Source of the DNA: Sphyrna mokarran
Taxonomy: Eukaryota
Length of the DNA stretch: 64,000 nt
Direction: 5' to 3'
Assembly (NCBI GenBank): GCA_024679065.1
Contig: JAGIQG010000017.1
Location: 23,870,001-23,934,000 of the forward strand
Below are positions 11,960 to 25,499 of this stretch, one piece after another (within the stretch, counting starts at the first letter, position 1; each line of letters begins with the position of its first letter). Under the pieces are notes generated by a model that did no database searches, was not told where the DNA came from, and was given only the letters and a program-made list of their open reading frames with translations. The position numbers and the translations under genes were made by a program.

Positions 11960-12200
11960 ATCTATGCTAATTTAATTAACAGCTATCATCAAAATGCATT
12001 AGCTGTTTCAGCCCATCAGTAAAGTCTAACCCTCCACCAATTAAATTAGCTGAACTCTAAATCAGATGAACAGAAAATAAACCCATCATTAGGAGCAATT
12101 AGTGATTGCTTAAATACAGTGCTATGGAGTAGTTTGTAAATATACTTGTAGCCACTGGGAAATTAGCTAGTACTGGATTAATTGGGGCTGTGACGAACAG
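11960..12200. promoter_or_regulatory. Candidate intronic enhancer (homeodomain TAAT/ATTA cluster)
   Basis: Dense CTAATT/TAATTA/AATTAG motifs in non-repetitive intron 8 sequence; conservation not testable here. Confidence 0.35.
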
Positions 12201-12842
12201 TCAGAGCCCCGATCAAAACAGTAGCTTTTCAAGTTCTGAACATCAGCTTCCAAGAGCTTTGATGTATCATCAATTACCAGTCTCTCTTATTGGTTTTGTA
12301 TGTTTGCATTTGTTGTGTATGCATATGGACATTAACATTGTACACAGGACTGGAATCCGGTGTGGTAATGCTGATGCATTGTAAACTTTAATACATGCAT
12401 ATTTTATCCTGCATGGCAGCTACCTCGGCTAGTTAAAATTAGTTACAGATTTACAATACCTCATTACTTTATTTTATTTTACCTCCAGTATTACTAAATA
12501 CCCATTTAAATTTTACATGGCTGGCACAATTAAATCTTGTGAAAATTATTGCATTTTCCATTAAGAGGGTCTCATTACTGCTACAATACAGTTTACCAAT
12601 ACCACAATTATACAATTATACTGAAGCCCACAGGCATAATTTGGTGTCAGCATTTGGGCTCCACACTGCAGGACTAAGTGAGACTACCAAATAGGACTAG
12701 ATGATTCAGTTACACTGTACAACAACGTAAACTTTGGATTTTATTTTGTTTCTTTTTTAATATTTATAGAGCAGATAAAATAACCGATGGGCAAAATGGG
12801 CCAAATGGAATGATTCCAGTGTCAGTCCAAATGTAGGTTACA

Positions 12843-13130
12843 GGATGGCACAAGGCGCTTTGGTTAGCACTGCTCTCTCATAGTGCCAGGAACCCAGGGT
12901 TCATCTGGAGTAACTGTGTGAAATTTGCATGCTCTCCCTGTGTCTGCGTGGGTTTCCTCCCATAGTCCAAAGATGTGCAGGTTAGGTGGACTGGTCATGC
13001 TAAATTGTCCCTTAGTGTCAGAGAGTCTAGCAAGGTGAGTATGTGGAGGTATGGGTTAGAGTCTTGGATAGAATTGTTGTTGGTGCAGCTTGATGGCCAG
13101 CTGCTGCACCATAACGATTCTTTGATTCTA
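12843..13130 (+). mobile_element. HE1/V-SINE-type tRNA-derived SINE
   Basis: A-box-like tggttagcactgc, V-domain tgcatgctctccctgtgtctgcgtgggtttcctcc...gtccaaagatgtgcaggttagg, gattct tail; paralogous to 24438-24733. Confidence 0.85.
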
Positions 13131-15789
13131 TAAAGAGGCCAAAGACTTAATTTCTGGAGAGAACCTATGTAGGTAGTCAATAATTTGAAGGAGAGAACAT
13201 ATCCTGAATTCACTATCTTTTTGCAAATCACAATCAACACATTTGTGTTTGATAGTGGGGGAAGCCAACAAGTGGATGCTTAGCTCATCTGGATAAAATC
13301 CAAATAAGGACACACCCACTGAACTGAGAATGATGCTTTGGACATTTTCTCTAGTGGCTTTCTCCATTAAACACGTAATTTCCTAACATATGGAACCTCT
13401 AATTTGTGAAAGGAATGGGGAAAAAAACATATATATTATGCATATAATATATAGCATATATACAATTTAGTCTTTGCCCCAAAATAAACTTAAGCACGAG
13501 TACTTGTCAGTGAGCTAGCATTCTGTACACATTTTACAGAAGACTGCTGGCTTTATTATTACAAAAATACTGATGTGTGCTTGACTTTTACTTGATGAGT
13601 TGGCCAATTAACACAAAGATTGGATGAACAATGTGATTGGAATAAGCTGATGTTTGTGTATGACGGTGGCAGTGCACATTTAGGAATGTGCTATTTATTT
13701 AATTCAGTTTGGGTTCTTTTTGCCATCTTTTCAGATTACTCTGGACATATGGGAACATGTTGCATTGGGTCAGAACTGGAAAGCCACCAATCTGTGGCAA
13801 AGCATGCAATAAAATACACAATCTCAGGAAAGACGGCCAAATGGACATCTCATTTCTATCCTTACGCTACAATACAAGCTAACTAAGAATTCAACTAATG
13901 TGTTGGACTATGCTTAACCAAGGCCAAGAATTACTTTTTCCAATTGTCCATTTATATTAATGGACCTAATGGAAGGGATTACATACTGTACTTAGGTTAC
14001 CAACAGCTCTGAATTCATGTGACAGCTTAAATTAAAAGCAATGCCAAAACAACTGCACGCATTCAAAACTGCATTCATGCAGCTCAAAAGTTGCAATTGC
14101 AGGATCATACTTTTGACTGCACAGCCTCCGTAACATGAAAGGATGGTTGAACAGGCCAATGTGAAATCCACATTATCTCAGGATCATTATCCCCATCTTT
14201 AAAGCGGAGTTCTATTTCACGAGGTGCACATGCGCTCTCTCGTTTATACTTTTTAAGTGTCTGTGACTGAATGCTTACTGTGTCGAAGGTGCTTCTACAG
14301 CATTAAAAGGATATTCATTAGTTACACTGAGCAAGCATCCCAAGTGTTGGTTAAGATATTAAAAAACAAATTCACACCAGTATGACAATGTGGTCGGGTC
14401 ATTGTGAGAATTGGCACTCTGTAGATAAAGATTTAAATGTATAGCTACTGTACACTAAATTCACCAACTCTAGGGATAAAACAAGGGTGTCCCTTACCAG
14501 GAACAGAAGCATTCACCTTTTGTGTCCTAAAACTGTGTCACCACAAAATAGAAGTAAGGAAATGAACAGGAGGTCAATCATCATCTGAACTAGACACTCC
14601 TATATGTAGCACTCTCCATTTTTATTTTAACATTTGTTTGCAACTTTCTTTTTACTGCCACTGCATATAATCTGATTTGACCGAGCGCAAAGTGTGAACT
14701 TCTGTACAATTCAAAACATTTTAGTCAGCAAAGAATTCCAATTTCCCTTTTGGTTCATTTCCTATCCCTTGCATCGTATCACACTCAAAATCTAAATGTT
14801 CTAGAAGCTATAGTAACAGAAAAGTGCATAGCAATTTAGTTCTCCTAAATTAAGGGATATTTTAAACCTGTAAATTTAATACAATAATTTTGTTTTTGAC
14901 AATGATTTAAAACACTCAAGAATGTTACACACTCATTAAGTATTTGGAAAATTCTACGTTTAGCAATGTGATAAGCACAATGTATAGAACATTGCTCATC
15001 CTTTCAAACACCCCATTTTTAAGATTTGCGGGTTTGCCAATACAACTGTTGAACTTTTCCACATTGTATGATTGGATGTGGAACATCTAAATATTCTGTG
15101 ATACCTGACCACAATGTAATGTGATCAACTGGTAGGGTAGGGGTTTAGAGAGAATCAGCTCCAGTTTTTAAATTAATGGACAACACTGAACACATCAAGT
15201 TAATAAAACCAATCATTTTCATCAGTCATCAGCTGGCTTTCAAAGAGAGAGCTTCCACAAAAAATAATAAAAACTGATACTCTCACGGAAGTGGATGTCA
15301 GTACAGAAAGCTGTGGAATAATTTGGAATCGTCTTCTCCACCCACACTGCTACACGACAATTGTTGGAAGGCCAAAAAAACTCCATATTTCAAGAACTGT
15401 TTTAATTCTTACAGTATTTATTTTCTTTTACTGTGTTAGAGAATCAATAATTTATCCTTCCTAGAGTCAATGCCTCAAGTGTAAAAACTGAAAATATATA
15501 TGGGCAAAACGCAGTCAGTGGGGCTCCTGCTGATCAAAAGAGAAGACAGATTTAATAATTTCAGCAGGAATAAACTCTCAAGCTACAGGACTCAAAATTT
15601 AAAACCCTGTCCACGGTCGATTTTCAAACTCCTGCATCCCCTAAAGGCCAACTTTTTGTTACAAGCCCAGATTGTGTGCGAGGGAAGGCAGAAACCAAAG
15701 GTTATCGGGTGCAAGGGAGAACAAGCTCCTGCGGCCGTTAAATTTAATTTTGAAATTAGTCAACAAAGGAATGATCTGGATGCAAATTA

Positions 15790-15910
15790 AGGAAGCTGGA
15801 AGGTTATAAGACCAAGGACAGGCAAAAGGGATTAGTTTAATTTGATGCCACGTTCAGCATGTCGTTGGGCTGAAGGGTCTGTTCCTGTGCTGTATTGTTC
15901 TGTGTTCTAC
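15790..15910 (+). mobile_element. CR1-type LINE 3' end fragment
   Basis: gggctgaagggtctgttcctgtgctgtattgttctgtgttcta: typical CR1/HER1-like 3' tail with short tandem repeat. Confidence 0.65.
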
Positions 15911-16819
15911 GTACCAGGAGGTTCAAGTGTCCAGTACGTAAAAATAATCACAATGAATATTAGTTTCTCTTTAGCAGTCCAAAAGCTCCTTGTAGGCACT
16001 TTTGTGGCCATAGCCCCACTGATGTATTAGTTGATGGCAGTCCAATAACTGATGTAACCTTCCATTACCACTGGAATGCTTCCTACTTTTGACAAGGGGA
16101 GTCTATTACATGGATGAAAATGTTAGATGCTTTGTGTGTAACTACCTCAATAGAAAGGACTGCAAGCCTTTTAAGTGGAAGAACAGCCAACCTATTACTA
16201 CTTTGAGTAATTCCATGTTAAAGTGGCCTTTAACCTGTGATGTAACAACGAAGATTATTACTCTCTGATCTGACTTAGTATGGCTCAAGTAGTGATAAGT
16301 GACTCTAGCCATAGGGTATAATAAATATTAACTGCACTTTTCTGTCTGCAAGTGCTAAAATATTGTCCCTCGGGCTCCAACACTGATATAAAGTGTGCAA
16401 TAATTGCAGCATGCTCTTGACACTTAGATATTCCCTTGAGGGCAATATTTTAACCACTACAACCTTGAAAAGCAGTCAATATTTGTGGACAATATAAATG
16501 ATCTCCTTTCACAATAGTGCTGCAGTAAAAACTGCATTTCAAAATTGTGATGCACTATTTGCCAATTCATTCATAAAGTGCAACACTTAGTTCTGAAATG
16601 ACATTTAGTTTATTTGCCCGTTTATTCCAAAGACAATGCAAATCGCACATGTCAATCCTTCCATTGCGATTAAAGGGAGTATTAGGAAATGACAATGTGT
16701 CCTCATTGAGTGAAGACAAAGGCAGGATGATTAAAACAAAAGAACTGTTGAGAAAATGCTTGGAGATCATCATCTGCTTAAAACAAAAAGTTGATTGCCA
16801 CCAAGGCAATTGTACCCAC

Positions 16820-16906
16820 CTTGACATGGAAGCATTGACGGTGAGTGCAGTGGGGTAGGGATGCCGAAATCCCCCTGTTGTGATTGGGTAAACAGGTTGA
16901 CCTTGC
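16820..16906 (-). CDS. TCF7L2: TCF7L2 exon 8: QGQPVYPITTGGFRHPYPTALTVNASMS
   Basis: 87 nt, tttcag|GCAAGG...TCAAG|gtgggt; phase 2 to phase 2. Confidence 0.96.
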
Positions 16907-17255
16907 CTGAAAAGAAGAAAGGAAGGGAAAAAAAATAACTGGAAACTTCTGCTGATGTAAGCTCACTCTCATTTGACCAGAACAAAAAGTCTTGTTGATT
17001 TCACAGCCAGGATCAAAGGATGTAAATAAAGAACAATTTTAATGTGCTAAATCTGATAGAACCAGCTAATTAAATTTTATAACCTCTGCTAATGTCAACA
17101 GAGACCTTCTCCCCAAGCTAAAACTAGGTGTTTTGTTGTGATAATTAAAGGAGAAGCGGCGTTTGCTTTAATGGAGCCATCACAATAATTGAGGGCTACA
17201 GATCCAAAAGAAAACAATAATGAATGTAAATTTATACCAAAATAAAATACATCAA

Positions 17256-17270
17256 ATCAAAGAGCCGCCG
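17256..17270. promoter_or_regulatory. Candidate bipartite TCF site: HMG site ATCAAAG plus Helper GCCGCCG
   Basis: ATCAAAG (17256-17262), 1-nt spacer, GCCGCCG (17264-17270). Confidence 0.45.
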
Positions 17271-17515
17271 TTCTGCTTCGGGCCTCTTTTGGTATTTAGA
17301 ACTCAGTAGGAAAACATTAAATTAACAGTCCTTAATTTGTAGCCTTTTGTCATAGTAACCAGTGTTGACAGGTGTTGCCAAGGGAGAAGCCCCATATGAA
17401 TATGTGGGTACCCAGTAGCCAATCACAGCTCATTACAATAATTGCACAATACAGTAACATGCAAAATTCTACAAGAATTAAAAGAATAAAAAGAAAAAGA
17501 ACTGGAACTGCTTAC

Positions 17516-17618
17516 TGTGGTACTAACCATCCTAGTGGATGGGGGATTTGGCCAACGGTACCTGGCGAGAGTGGATAATAGGGCGAAATATCTGAAGGAT
17601 GCGGAGGCCTAGGAATTC
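17516..17618 (-). CDS. TCF7L2: TCF7L2 exon 7 with two donors (17516 includes LVPQ; 17528 excludes it): [31 protein letters not shown](LVPQ)
   Basis: cccaag|GAATT...GATG|GTTAGTACCACA|gtaagc; 103 or 91 nt. Confidence 0.96.
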
Positions 17619-19964
17619 CTTGGGAAGGATTAAAAAAAAACAAAAATTAACTTTCAAAAGCACAAGTGATGGAACTAAGTTCAGAATTTCAAATGTGCAA
17701 CTGATCCAGTTAGCCTTCCTGTTTCCAATTCCAGCAACACTTGGATGGAGACTGTATGGCAAGCCTTCAGTGGCTCATTTGGTATGCAATCTCGATTTCT
17801 TTCTGCTGGAAGCTCACAACTCAACCTAATTGCTGCAACTGTTACTTGTAAAGTTCCCTTCCATTCAAGAATCCCAAAACTTCCATAGTGTGACTTGAAC
17901 ATTCAGTAATGTCATTCTCAAGTGCAACTCTTTGAAACACCATTTTAAGAATGAGTGAATTTGATATTTATGTTTAATTTTAGAGGATCAGTGAACTTCT
18001 GAGCTTTATGAGAGCATTTTCGCACCAGCGAAATCCAATGATTTTTGGGAACACAATGCTGTGATTTGATTTGATCTGTTCCATAACATTCATCCTTTGA
18101 AAACGATTACACGGGAATTATTATATTTCTTAAGTGAAACATTTTTACATCTTTAATATATTACACATCTTCGTACATTTTTTTCATAGATATCTCAATT
18201 ATGCTTATAGTCCAATTTATTATAACCGAATGAGATTCATTTAACACTTGATCCAGTTGGTTCTTCCAAACTCAACTTTTGATTAATTCCAGCAAGCCAT
18301 GCAGAAATATCTGGTAAGCTCAAAAGAATCTGTCAAACTTAATTTATACATAACACATCTCATTTTCAAAACAGTGTCCATGGCCATTTTCAAATCGCAA
18401 GGTCTGGCCTACACCTGCTTTTTCACTCTGCAAGTGAAAATCTTTTCCTTTACACCTACTCAGCCCTCACTAATCCCACACTGCCCCCTTCACTCATTCA
18501 ACAAACTACACCTCCTCACGAAAACTGACATGCCACACTCACTGTCCCAAGCCATCCTGGGCCCTTGCTGCAAAGGAGTATTTACGTTGGACCATGCAAC
18601 CCCCTCAAATTAAAAACAATATGTTTTCTGGCTATTATAAGCACCGTCTATCATAATCAATGCTGGGGTTGATTCATGTGTGAAAACAGTAGAAATATTC
18701 CACTACATATCAGTCACACACTGATAGGTGCAAAACAATCCAATAACTGTTGGCGACATCTGGCCTGGGGCCACATATTCACAAGCAATTACCATTGTCT
18801 GCTGAAAACACAACTTTACAAGCATCTACAATTTGCCTTGATTTGTCTTTTAGATAGTTTCTCCAAGGAAATTATCTGGGAAATTGCAAAGAGTTGCCAT
18901 ATTAAACACAGTTCCACCGCAGCAGCCAGATGTCACTATCAAGTCTCTTTCCTATCCAAAATAATACCCTGGGAGATCTGCTAATATCTTAATCTTGCCT
19001 TATTTCTAACATTTGACGTGCATCATTGAGAATTATTCCACACAGTTCACTCTGAAAGGCAGAAAGAGAGTCAAAGAATTTGTTATCCAGAAGTTCAGGT
19101 AAGAAGATTACAACCACACATTCACTGACCCAAATTGTGACGTAATGTTATGTTGTAAAATGTATTCTGGACCAAATCCTTACAGTGAGTCATTTTAATC
19201 AAGTTTCCAAATATTTCTTCCAAAGCCCTCGAATCTCATTACATTTCCAACAGTCTCAAATGTTTCCCTGCAGTTTTACTCCAGGCATGCTATGTGTCTC
19301 ACTTATGGTGCATTGTGCACTACGAAGCTATTTGTTTCACTTACTGTGCATTTTGCACAATGAAGCTATTTATGCCCCCAACTAATCCCACTGCGTAAAG
19401 AAGGGTCAACATGTGACATTAATCACATTTTTCCACAAACATTTCAACATCTCTCTCTTGTATGGCATTATCTAACTGCACAATTTGTAGGACAGTAATG
19501 TTTACCTGGGTGCAGCCAGGGCAGTCAAGGCCACATGAAGCCAGCATAAATGTTCGGAATTCAATTTGCACAGCCCCTGTGCAGTGTTAATTATTGATAT
19601 GAAAACAGCTAGGGCACTTATTTATCATACAGACAGAAAATGACTTAATTAACTGCGACCAACAAATGAGGCTTTTTCCCTCCACAGTTTTCATTTGAAG
19701 CTACAATATATATTTTATAATTCATCTACAGTAGCTCTTTTTTGTGACATTAAATACAAGATTATCATTTCTCTTTAAGGTACCAGACAGGAATTGATTA
19801 TTTAAAAAATATAGAAAGCAAAAAGCATATGCGTGGGGTAAGAGTATGTGTAAATATGTGTGGGTGAGGTCAAGATAAAAGAGCCTGCATGCAAGAGAAA
19901 AACATACAAGTAAATTGTATCAGAAACTCAAATAGGAAGGTTCTAACTAGATTAAAGCAGTTTC

Positions 19965-20260
19965 CTTAAAGGTCCGGGATGCAACTCACTGAATGCTGCA
20001 GTGCTGAGCCAGGGGCTATGAGATTACAATTCACAAGCTGTACTTTGCCAGGGCAGTGATGGAGGAACTCCAAATTGGAATTTCTTTCCCAAGGTATGAG
20101 GTAGAGCCAGTTTTGTTGCACCTGATCACCATCCCGCTATTCCCCACTGGATGATGGACAAGGGCAGAATCAGTCTCAGCTAATGTTAACCCCTACCCCA
20201 GCAAAGAAACTGTTGCCCAAGCTCATGTATAAGAATGGTCACTTCTGACACTGGTTGAGC
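19965..20260 (+). mobile_element. Old SINE-like remnant related to 4330-4700
   Basis: Shared motifs (ggtcc...; cctgatcac; caagctcatgtataagaatggtcactt); heavily diverged. Confidence 0.35.
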
Positions 20261-23200
20261 TTAAAAGGAAAGGGGATGGGAGAGAAAAATAGGCTTCAAT
20301 GAACCAAAACTAACTTTCAATGTGAGTATAGAAAACTGCACAGCAATGTATGGTCAAGAGCAACTTCACAAGTGAAACCAACAATTCAATTATGCCAAGT
20401 CTTGCCATTACATTACAACCATGACCATGGTACAAAAAGTACTTTGCTGGCTGGAAGATATTTTGAGATCGTGAAAGGCCTGATATAAACTCAAGTTCCT
20501 TCTTTCATAAACATTTCAATCTTGTTTTGCCATTCAGCATCAGATGAAGATTCGTCTATTTACTTTCTAATTTGATTGCAACCATATCTCTGAAATGGTT
20601 TACCACAATTGGCATGGAAACTGTCCTTTGACCTCACTACCAACAGAGGTATATTGTCTTAGCTGTCACAATCTATAGGAATTGCACAATTTAAAAATAA
20701 TGGTGGCATTGCAATCAATGTGCCCAGCACCTAGCAGAACTGAGTGTTCATATCTACAATAACTCCCCTTCCTTGACTACCATCAACAACTGCCAGTGGT
20801 AGTTTTCATTGTATCTTTGCGATAGGGTTGAGTGTAAAAGTTACAGAATTTTGCCAGTCAACAGGTCAGTAATTGGCATCGACCTATGATAACTGCCGAC
20901 AGTAGTAAACACAGCAGTGGAATATACAGCTCACCGGCTGAATTGGAGATTGACAATAATAGTTTCATGAGTATTATATACTAGATAAAATCTACATCAA
21001 AAGGTATGTATTGGGTATGACATTGACCAAGACTAACACATGTTCAGTTGCAAGCAGCCAGGTCATGACAAGAGGTCAATATAACACAACGCTCAAAACT
21101 TCTAATAAAGTACACTCCCTCCTCATCTGAAAAACTTAAAACATTATAATTTAAATGATAATGTACATAATTTTCCTGAATACAATATGACTAAACTAAA
21201 ATCAACAACACCTGAAATTTAACAAGTTGGATTCCAGATTGGTTTTACTAGAATCAGAACCAAAACCTATATATGGCCAATACACGTGCAAAAATTGTTC
21301 TCCCTTAACACCAGCTATGCATTTAACAAAAATATAATTTGATAAAAAAAAGAATCAAAATAACTTAGTTATTTCCTTGCCACATGCTTTCAAACAACTT
21401 ACCTAAAGTTTCTTTCTCTTTATGCCTGGGTATCTCCTTCCATTTCCATGATGCTACTCTCTCAACATCTCTGACTTTATCAACGCTGAACTTTGGCTAC
21501 TGACTCAATTTAATATTTGGGGCCATGGCATTAATTGCTTCCTTTTCTTCAAAAACCCTGACTCACTTTGCTCTGCTGGTGAGATTCTGGAACACAGCCA
21601 ACTTTTTCTTTTTGACTTCCACTTTGGACTCTAGGAAAATTTGAATTAAAGGAGAATTATCATGATCACCTTTGGCCACATTTCCTCTTTCAATCAAACA
21701 ACATACATAATGGGGTCTTCCCCAGTCTTCACTAGATTTGTGAATGCACTTAAATATCTTTACAACAACTCCAGTCACAAATATATCCTTTACACTTTGA
21801 CCAGCACTTTGTAAAACATTTTCTCTTCAGTTTCATGACTTCTTTAATTTGTGTTGCTTTTCTCTTAATTTGCTTAAGCCTGACATGAGTTGCAAAGTAA
21901 TTCTAGCCCTGGGAGTGCGTTTAAACGTTAACTCAATAGCTGAGCAACTTGTTATAGAATTTGGAGTTATTCTGTAAGGAACCAGAAAATTGGCCAATCC
22001 ATGTCGAAGAAGAGCATGGCCCTACATTTTCTGGATAGTGGGGTCTCCCTTCCTGCCATCCCTACCGACTCACAATTCCCACAGCCATTTCATTCTCAAA
22101 TGAACGTCAATTGCCCCTCCCTTGCGAAGAATTCCCAACCAGGAAGGCTGTTGGTCTATCTGAATGGCTGGCAGCTCTCCACTCCTGGCAGCGGACTGAA
22201 GAAGGACTTCAGGAAGATGCCTGAGCCTAAGACCTTGGGCTGGAGGGCAAGGCAAGTTTAAGAAGTCAACTAGGGTGTCGGGGAGAGGGAGATCCAAAGA
22301 TCACAGGCCCTCAACTGGTGGGGACACCTGAAGTCAGAAGAGTGTTTTATGGAGCCTGCCCTCTTTTCCCACCAAAAGTCTAACTCTGTTCATTTTTGGA
22401 CATCCCCCAAATCTGGTAAATGCTCCTACCAAACTACAAATTGAGGCTGGATGGTAAATGACCTTAAGTAATCAATAATGGCTAAATAATCCATCAGTTT
22501 AACAGCAGTTGTGTCAAGGAAAAATGACAGAAAAATTTATTTTACTCTCCTTCCAAGACAGTAGACACTACTACCCTGAATCAATAGAAGTCGTCATGAA
22601 TTCCCGATTTTAATTTTTACCATGGGTACTGGAATTATATCTGTACCCACATTACTCTCATCCTCCATGTGCTGTTTTTCTTGCTCTCTGATGAATCTTT
22701 CAATACAATATCATCTCCTGAGTTCTAAAATGGCTTTGGACCTACCAGAACCTCACCTTAGTGCAAGACTGCATTCTGGCAGTTTACCACAACCCATTGC
22801 TCTACCCCTCTACCCCTGCATGTTGCCTTGTACTTGACCAACTGTCCCTCAGGTATTTAAATGATTGATGGCAAACTTGGCAAGATAGTAATTAAATCAC
22901 TGATTCAGTCTGCAATTTTGGCTTCCGTGGCATTCATCTTGCTGAAATCAAGTGAAATTTCCTGGCAGTACAGGGAAATAATTCCCTTACAATAATCTTT
23001 TTTCTGCCATTTCCATTGCTGTGGCCTCAATGTAGGTCTCTTTCTATAACACCTCATTGCTTTTGGTCAAAAGTTATGACCTGGATTTTATTGTTCAAAT
23101 CTTACTTATAGCTTCCCCCAACAGAGAAGGCATTAGAAAGAGCACAATAAACATGTACTCAGATAATGCAATCTACTACAGTATGAATTTCTAAACCGTC

Positions 23201-23319
23201 CAAAGAGTAGAGCAAAACAGTGGAATGTTCTGCTAGTTTTAGGACATCCAATAGCATTGTGCATTCTACAGAGCATCGCGGTTATGAATGAGATCTACAT
23301 GTTTTTCCTTTAATTCGTT

Positions 23320-23575
23320 CATAGAGTGTTAGATTCACAGGCTAGGCCAGCCTTCATTGCCCATTGCTCTTTGCTCTTGGGAAGATGGTGGAAATTCGTG
23401 TTGTTGAACCGCTGCAATCCATCAGGTGTAGATACATCCATGGTGCATTTCGGGAGCAAGTTCCAGGATTTTGATACGACAGCAAAGGAAAAACAATATA
23501 GTTCCAATTCAGCATAGTGTGTGCTTACAGGAAAGTTCACAGGTGATGGCGTTCTCATGCATCTGTTGACCCATC
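23320..23575 (-). mobile_element. LINE 3' fragment, same family as 30860-31360
   Basis: Reverse complement matches 31100-31350 (tcaaaatcctggaact..., caccatcttcccaag..., gctggcct). Confidence 0.7.
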
Positions 23576-23589
23576 TGTTTTACAAACAG

Positions 23590-24000
23590 GCTTATGAATT
23601 AAAAGCAGGAATAGATCATTTAATATTATGGCCGATCTGATTGTGACCTCCACTCCACATTTCATCTACAACTGTAGCAAAAAAATCCCTATTTATACAT
23701 ACCATTCGCCTTACCATAAATGACAGCATTCCATTAGTCTTTCAAATCACTTGGTATACCTGCATACTAACTTTTCTCAATTCACGCACCACAATACCCA
23801 GATCCCTCTGCACCACCAAGTTCTGCAATCTCATTCCATTTAGATAACATGCTTTTTTTTTTCCATTCTTCCTGGCCAATGTGGACAAGTTCACCTTTTC
23901 CCATAAATATATTCCATCTGCCAAATTTTTGCCCACTCACTTAAGCAATATCTCTTTGCAGACCCCTATTATCCTTTTCACAATTTATTTTCCTGCCTAG
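23590..24000 (-). mobile_element. CR1-type LINE fragment (RT C-terminal region plus 3' end, internally deleted)
   Basis: ORF 23742-23936 contains YLNGMRLQNLVVQRDLGIVV...KVSMQVYQVI, typical of CR1 ORF2; homologous to 26750-27010 in the opposite orientation. Confidence 0.8.
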
Positions 24001-24437
24001 GTACAGTAAAGGTAAAGTCAACATAGCCCCAGATGACTATAGGCTGCTCTCTCCTTTGAGAGAGAAGAGCTGACTGGCGGTGATTTAACCTGAATATAGT
24101 AGGATTGTTTATGCAAAAGGTCAGACAAAAGTGAACTGAAGATGTCAGTATCACTTCTATAAACTGGATGTTAACCTTCCCCCATTGTATTTAAAAGCAG
24201 CAAATTCTTTCCAGTTTCTGATTTTGAGTTTGTTCTATGTAATTCCATACTCATTACCAGCTGCCCAATGAGGATTCATGTGCAGTAATGCCCAAGTGGC
24301 TTATAAACATCTAAACTAGTAAAACACCAATCAGCTCTCTCAGAGTTCAAAACTACACAATAAGCAAAGCAACTAATCTGTACACCCAACTTAAATGACA
24401 TGGTTATCTCCAGTCTTTGAAAGTTTTTGAAAATGAG

Positions 24438-24733
24438 CAGCATGATGGCACAGTGGTTAGCACTGCTGCCCCACAGTGCCAGGAACCCAGGCTTGATTCC
24501 ACCCTCAGGTAACTATGTGGAGTTTGCATGCTCTCCCCGTGTCTGCGTAGGTTTCCTCCCACAGTCTAAAGATGTGCGGGTAAGGTTGAGTGGTCATGCT
24601 AAATTGTCCCGAATTTCAGGGGAATTAGCAGGGTAAATATTTGGCATTACAGGAATAAGGGCTGGATGGGTTGTGGCTGATGCAGGCTTGATGGGCCAAT
24701 TGGCCTCTTTCTGCACTGTATGGACTCTATGAT
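24438..24733 (+). mobile_element. HE1/V-SINE-type tRNA-derived SINE
   Basis: A box tggcacagtggttagc, B-box-like ggcttgattcc, V-domain, LINE-derived tail gatgggccaattggcctctttctgcactgta...ctatgatt. Confidence 0.88.
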
Positions 24734-25453
24734 TAAAATTTGATTTGAAAACTTGGGACATCAGACTTTCACTACTGCATTTATGTCATCAACACAGCAT
24801 TTTAAATCAGAAAGGCCCAGATTTTGTAGTGGTAATGATGATTAAACCGTCATTGGTGATTTGAATCTTAATGTCAATCGGACAAATCAATTTTCAAAGA
24901 CAAACTATAGGGCTGAGTCCACAGAGTGTATTCAGGACGGTTCCTTAGAACAATTATAGGATCTAACAGGGAACAGGCTGTTTTAGGCCCGGTAACAAGA
25001 CAGCATTAATCCAAGACCTCATTATAAAGGATCTTCACAGCAAGAGTGATCATAACATCATGAATATCCAATTCAGTTTGAGAAATAGAACTGTGGGGTC
25101 ATGATGTGTCTTAAAGAATTACAAGCACATGAAGACAGAGATGGCTAAAGTTCACTGGGTAAATAAGTTAAGAGAAAAGATGATAAGAGAAGCAGTGACA
25201 GACATTTCAGGTTATATTTCATAACTCTCAACAAGGATACGTTCCACTGAAGAAGAATGACTCGACCAGAAAGAAATACCATCCATGGCTAATTAAAAAA
25301 GATGACTGAAAGAAAACGCTTACAATGCTCTGAAGATTAGTGACTGATTGGCAAAGTTTTAGAAACCAGCAAAGGGTTAATAAGAACAAAAAGGGAAAAA
25401 TTGGACTATGAGAAAAAAACTAAAAATATGAAAATTAAACAGCAAAAGTTCCT

Positions 25454-25455
<2 letters not shown>

Positions 25456-25497
<42 letters not shown>
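25456..25497. repeat. (GT)21 microsatellite
   Basis: Perfect dinucleotide run inside the CR1 element. Confidence 0.97.

Positions 25498-25499
<2 letters not shown>

Noticed and set aside
24438-24510. tRNA gene
   Set aside because: The A/B boxes are the head of a SINE; no cloverleaf, and it continues into the V-domain.
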